A stretch of 64,000 nt of DNA, taken from positions 1 through 64,000 of IMG/VR virus record IMGVR_UViG_3300035698_016988; one strand, given 5' to 3'. Below are positions 59,784 to 64,000 of the stretch, piece by piece. The notes below the pieces were generated by a model. It had not been told where the DNA came from. It did not search any database and worked only from the letters and a program-made list of their open reading frames with translations. The number at the start of each line of letters is the position of its first letter. The stretch's first letter is position 1. Source of the stretch: a virus. Made by a program: the position numbers and the translations under genes.

Positions 59784-62113
59784 TGACATATATCGACGCA
59801 CACCACGACCAAGAAAAAGATATTGTTCGCGTAGTTGAGCGAGTAAACGGAAAAAGACAAATTACTGAACTGCCGCCAGTTTATGAATTTTATTATGAAG
59901 ACGAAAACGGATCACATATAGCCACAACAGGCGAACGTTGCAAACTGGTATCATCCAAACGCAACAAAGATTTCAAACGTGAAATCAAATCTATGCATGG
60001 TCGCAAAACATTCGAAGCTGACCAAAACATTATTTTCAAAACTCTGAAGAGACATTACCCTAATCAGACTCCACCAGTCTTGAATGTAGCCTTCTTCGAC
60101 ATCGAGGTCGACTTTGACCTAGAAAAAGGCTACTCAACACCTGAAGACCCGTTCAACGAAGTCACGGCGGTCTCGGTGTATAACGTATGGGAAGACACTC
60201 TTTATACCTTAACCATCAAACCTGAAACTTTATCAACTGAAGAAGCTCTGGCAATTACATCAGAATTTCCGAACACTGTTCTGTGCGAAACAGAAAACGA
60301 AATGTTGATGACGTTCCAAGACATAATTGAAGAAGCTGATGTAATTTCAGGTTGGAACTCAGAAGGGTACGACGTACCTTATATGGTGAACAGAACAATT
60401 CAACAAATGAACAAAGCTTCGACCGCTGGTTGGTGCCTTTGGGGAATGTTACCAGTCAGAACAAAAGTAGAAAAGTTCGGCAAAGAGAATTTGGCTTTTC
60501 GTTTGAAAGGTCGTCTTCATGTTGACTATTTGGATCTATATCAAAAGCATACGCCCAAGACACAAGAGTCTTACAAACTTGACTTCATTGGTTTACAAGA
60601 AGTTAATGAACGTAAAGTTGAATATGATGGAACCTTGTATCAATTATATCGTGAAGACTTCAAGAAGTTTATCGAATATAACAGACAAGACACGATGCTT
60701 CTTCACAAAATCGACAAGAAGCTTCAATACCTTGACTTAGCCAACCAGATCGCAATTCAGAACTGGGTCTTAATTCCGTCTACTATGGGCACAGTTGCTT
60801 GGGTTGACCAGTCAATTATTAACGAAGCGCACGAACGCGGCATGGTTGTTCCAACTAAACTTCGAGAAGAAGAACAGACCAACTCAGCAGCAGGTGCATG
60901 GGTAGCAGAACCGGAACTTGGCCTGCAAGAATGGATCGGCGCAGTTGATATTAACTCACTATATCCTTCATGTATTCGACTATTGAATATGAGTCCAGAA
61001 ACAATCTTTGGTCAGATTAGACTTGACCATACGGATGAATATTTGGAAGACAGAATTGTTCGAGAAAACTTGATCTATTCTGTTAAAGGAGTGAAGAAGA
61101 AAAATTACACTGAAGCCTGGAACGGTTTGTTCGGAACACTTGAATATCAAAAGGTAATAGCAAAAGAAGACGAAGAGATTACCGTTGATTGGGAAGACGG
61201 AACATCCATGACGCTTTTAGCAAGTGAATTGTATGAATTGATTTTCCAAGACGATTCTAATTTGAATATATCAGCAAACGGTACAATCTTTAGAACAGAT
61301 ATTGATGGACTTATCCCGGGACTACTCGCTCGTTGGTATAACGAAAGAAAAGTCATGCAGAAGACTTCTAAGATTTGGAAGTCATTGCAAGATGGAATCA
61401 CTGAGGTCGATAGCCTTTACGAAGCAATGCTCGAAGAAATTTCAGAAGATGATCGTCAAAATCGAGCCGGTGTTTGGTTTGCGGTTGACTTGGATTATGC
61501 TAAGAAGCAGTTTACTTTTTGGAATATGCGACAGCAAATTCGTAAGATTCAGTTGAACAGCCTTTATGGATCGTTGCTACAAAAGGGATCCAAGTTCTAT
61601 GACAAGAGACTAGGACAGTCTGTTACGTTGACAGGTCGTTGCATTACCAAGCATATGACAGCAAAAATCAACGAAACTGTGACTGGACTTTATGATCACA
61701 CTGGTGATGCCATTGTTTATGGTGACACCGACAGCCTGATCGGTTCGACAAAAATCGAATCTGAATTTTACGGAGCGGTTTCTATAGAAGATTATTATAA
61801 AAGAGGCACGGAGTTATTCGGTGGCGAAGACCTTGAAAATATGAAATCGTTAAATAAGTCGTTTGTTGCAACTGTGGATGGTCTAGATAAAGTTAAATCA
61901 TATGATGAAAAAAATAAGAAACCGATATTTAGAAAAGCTTCAGTACATCGCCATAAAGTTTCTAAACCGAAATGGAGATTGGTGACAGAATCTGGAAAGG
62001 AAGTGATTATTACTGATGATCATTCTTTGGTTGTAATGAGAGACGAAAAACTAACTGAAGTTAAACCTTCTCAGGTTGATCCGGAATCTGATCAAGTTGT
62101 TTCTCTCCTGTAG
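59783..62113 (+). CDS. family B DNA polymerase (gp43-like) N-terminal part fused to the N-half of a split intein
   Basis: Exo motifs FDIE, GWNSEGYD and YNRQD; pol motifs DINSLYPS, KIQLNSLYG and YGDTD; then intein sequence. Confidence 0.95.
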   Translation: MTYIDAHHDQEKDIVRVVERVNGKRQITELPPVYEFYYEDENGSHIATTGERCKLVSSKRNKDFKREIKSMHGRKTFEADQNIIFKTLKRHYPNQTPPVLNVAFFDIEVDFDLEKGYSTPEDPFNEVTAVSVYNVWEDTLYTLTIKPETLSTEEALAITSEFPNTVLCETENEMLMTFQDIIEEADVISGWNSEGYDVPYMVNRTIQQMNKASTAGWCLWGMLPVRTKVEKFGKENLAFRLKGRLHVDYLDLYQKHTPKTQESYKLDFIGLQEVNERKVEYDGTLYQLYREDFKKFIEYNRQDTMLLHKIDKKLQYLDLANQIAIQNWVLIPSTMGTVAWVDQSIINEAHERGMVVPTKLREEEQTNSAAGAWVAEPELGLQEWIGAVDINSLYPSCIRLLNMSPETIFGQIRLDHTDEYLEDRIVRENLIYSVKGVKKKNYTEAWNGLFGTLEYQKVIAKEDEEITVDWEDGTSMTLLASELYELIFQDDSNLNISANGTIFRTDIDGLIPGLLARWYNERKVMQKTSKIWKSLQDGITEVDSLYEAMLEEISEDDRQNRAGVWFAVDLDYAKKQFTFWNMRQQIRKIQLNSLYGSLLQKGSKFYDKRLGQSVTLTGRCITKHMTAKINETVTGLYDHTGDAIVYGDTDSLIGSTKIESEFYGAVSIEDYYKRGTELFGGEDLENMKSLNKSFVATVDGLDKVKSYDEKNKKPIFRKASVHRHKVSKPKWRLVTESGKEVIITDDHSLVVMRDEKLTEVKPSQVDPESDQVVSLL
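61733..62110 (+). mobile_element. split intein N-fragment (126 aa)
   Basis: Starts SLIGSTKI (block A, Ser1) right after YGDTD; block B IITDDHSL (TxxH). Confidence 0.92.
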
Positions 62114-62202
62114 ACATTTTAGGTTTTGATTTCTTCTTCAATTTGACCTCTTTGATATAAAATATTATACGGAGCCGTCTCCGTAAATATTAGGGAGGGA
62201 TA

Positions 62203-62556
62203 ATGGACAAAGATATTTATGTTGAATGTTTGGTTCACTTCACGTGCAATACGAATCAAATGTGTTTATGGAATTTAAAAGATAGCCGTCCAAACTTTTT
62301 TGATATTGCTTGCGCTAAAAAGAGGAAGATAATCGAATTTAATGGAGATTATTGGCATGCTAATCCTGAGTTATATGAGGCAAGTGATTTAGTTGGCATG
62401 GGCGAGAAATCTAAAGCTTCGGATGTCTGGCTTAAAGACAATTCAAAAATCGACAACGCAGAGGCTAGGGGTTATGCTGTCTTTGTTGTTTGGGAAAAAG
62501 ATTGGAAAGAAGACCCGGAAGAAGTGTTGAATAAAGTAGAGGAATTTTGGAAATGA
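62203..62556 (+). CDS. free-standing Vsr/DUF559-like homing endonuclease
   Basis: FFDI...IIEFNGDYWHANP...KD..K...A...GY..FVVWEKDW; strong SD. Confidence 0.82.
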   Translation: MDKDIYVECLVHFTCNTNQMCLWNLKDSRPNFFDIACAKKRKIIEFNGDYWHANPELYEASDLVGMGEKSKASDVWLKDNSKIDNAEARGYAVFVVWEKDWKEDPEEVLNKVEEFWK

Positions 62557-62596
62557 TTTTTCAAAGTTATAGCTGAAGGAATTGAATGGGAGTGGT

Positions 62597-62734
62597 ATGA
62601 TAGAAAAAATTGAAACAATTGAACAAATCGGTGAGTTTGAAGATGAATGGGTATATGATTTAGAGATTGACGAAGAGGATTCACCGGATGAAATCAAACA
62701 GACGTTCTTTGCGAACGATGTTCTTGTGCATAAC
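62597..62734 (+). mobile_element. split intein C-fragment (46 aa)
   Basis: Block F VYDLEI and block G FFANDVLVHN followed by Ser+1. Confidence 0.93.
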
Positions 62735-63589
62735 TCTGCGTATTTCTCGACTTGGAAATTCATGCAAGAAAATAACATCGACTTTTCTTGGTCTAAAGAA
62801 GACGTCACTAATTTGTACGATCAAATTGCTGACCAAACAAACCAGTCATTCCCTGGAAAGATGGATGAAATGTTTCACTCAGGACTTGAACGTGGTGGTA
62901 TTATTCAAGCTGGTCGTGAACTTGTTGGTACTCGTGGTTTGTTTGTAGCAAAGAAAAGATATGCAATTATGGTTTACGACAACGAAGGTTATCGTGAAGA
63001 CACAGACGGAAAACCAGGCAAGCTTAAAGTTATGGGACTCGATATCAAACGAGCCGACAGTTCCAAGGCGGTTCAAGACTTCCTAAAGGATTGTGTTGAG
63101 TATGTACTTGATGGTGGCGACGAGGACGGACTCAAAGAAAAGATCAAGAATTTCAGAACCGTATTCAAGAGTCTACCGCCTTGGGAAAAAGGCTCACCAA
63201 AGTCAGCAAACAAAATGTCTGAATATACGGAATTGTTTGAGAAACTAGGCAAGGGAGCGAAACTCCCAGGGCACGTTCGAGCGTCAGTTAATTGGAATAT
63301 GCTGAGCAAAGCAAACAAAGATTTCTACGCAACGAAAATCTCAGACGGTTCGAGAATTGTAGTCTGCAAGCTAAAGCCGAATAATCCTTTGAACATGACA
63401 AGTATCGCATATCCGGTAGGTGAATTAAATCTTCCTAAATGGTTTAAAGACTTGCCATTTGATGATGATGCAATGGAAGCTTCGGGAGTCGAGAAGAAAC
63501 TCAAGAACATCTTCGAAGTATTGCACTGGGAATTACATATCGGAGAAGCAGCGCACTCTGAAGTTTTGAATTCAATGTTCGAATTCTAA
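62597..63589 (+). CDS. split intein C-half fused to the C-terminal part of the DNA polymerase
   Basis: ATG behind a GGGAG SD; HN|SAYF junction; KKRY and KVMGLDIKRAD palm/thumb motifs. Confidence 0.95.
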   Translation: MIEKIETIEQIGEFEDEWVYDLEIDEEDSPDEIKQTFFANDVLVHNSAYFSTWKFMQENNIDFSWSKEDVTNLYDQIADQTNQSFPGKMDEMFHSGLERGGIIQAGRELVGTRGLFVAKKRYAIMVYDNEGYREDTDGKPGKLKVMGLDIKRADSSKAVQDFLKDCVEYVLDGGDEDGLKEKIKNFRTVFKSLPPWEKGSPKSANKMSEYTELFEKLGKGAKLPGHVRASVNWNMLSKANKDFYATKISDGSRIVVCKLKPNNPLNMTSIAYPVGELNLPKWFKDLPFDDDAMEASGVEKKLKNIFEVLHWELHIGEAAHSEVLNSMFEF

Positions 63590-63652
63590 TTATTGACAGA
63601 CTCGATAGTAATCTGTTATTGTATTAAAAATTAACACAAACAAGGAGACCCA

Positions 63653-64000
63653 ATGAAAAAATATCTACAGGATATTGTAAGATGCACTTCCGGACTTGAG
63701 TTCGGGGTTGTTAAAGTTGAAGGCAACGACAAAGAGACCAAATATCAATCAGTTTCAGACGACAGAACAGTTATTGTTTCGGCAACAGCAAATGAAGTTG
63801 TTGACGATTTTAAAGGTGTGTTCGGACTTTCGAACTTAGCTCTTCTCGGTGGCTTGACTGGTTCAAAGTCATTTAAAGGTGACGATGCAACGGTTACGGT
63901 CAGTAAAATCAATCGCGACGGAAAAGACATTCCAGCAGCTTTCGTATTTGATAATGACTCGGGAATGCACGGCGTTTACCGTTTGATGTCCGAACAAGCT
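63653..64000 (+). CDS. sliding clamp (gp45-like), 5' part only, truncated by the window end
   Basis: AAGGAG SD; MKKYLQDIV...DDRTVI...GVFGLSNL...YRLMS; follows the polymerase. Confidence 0.7.
   Translation, partial: MKKYLQDIVRCTSGLEFGVVKVEGNDKETKYQSVSDDRTVIVSATANEVVDDFKGVFGLSNLALLGGLTGSKSFKGDDATVTVSKINRDGKDIPAAFVFDNDSGMHGVYRLMSEQA

Noticed and set aside
62111-62596. Polymerase split as a sequencing error or stop read-through (both halves share a frame)
   Set aside because: Several in-frame stops intervene, a separate gene with its own SD lies between, and the C-half has its own SD and intact intein end motifs.

Overview
The window is a 64-kb segment of a large T4-like (jumbo-type) myophage genome read with the standard genetic code. 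It carries a minus-strand tail/baseplate block (two giant structural proteins plus gp6-, gp25-, gp5-, gp27-, gp53- and gp48/54-like genes), then a gp55-like late sigma factor, gp47/gp46 and endonuclease VII. Next come a hub/tail-assembly chaperone pair, a tape measure and the head module (portal, core, protease, scaffold, major capsid protein). An accessory region follows (PAAR-peptidase, a nucleotidyltransferase/ligase/kinase/phosphoesterase cluster, KTSC protein, holin, VWA), then type II topoisomerase, a family B DNA polymerase and the start of the sliding clamp. Four observations stand out. (1) A roughly 700-nt promoter-driven, hairpin-dense non-coding region (about 30.2-31.0 kb) lies directly downstream of a 292-aa orphan whose pattern resembles the WED/REC half of TnpB/Cas12f without a RuvC domain; this is a candidate RNA-protein or origin-priming system, and the homology is judged by eye only. 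(2) The DNA polymerase is broken at its catalytic YGDTD|S motif by a naturally split, cysteine-free intein, with a free-standing endonuclease gene between the halves. (3) A canonical T TTT TTC slippery site predicts a lambda G/GT-like -1 frameshift in the hub chaperone genes. (4) The four-gene cluster looks like a Pnkp-like RNA-repair module. All family assignments come from motif recognition; no database searches were run.
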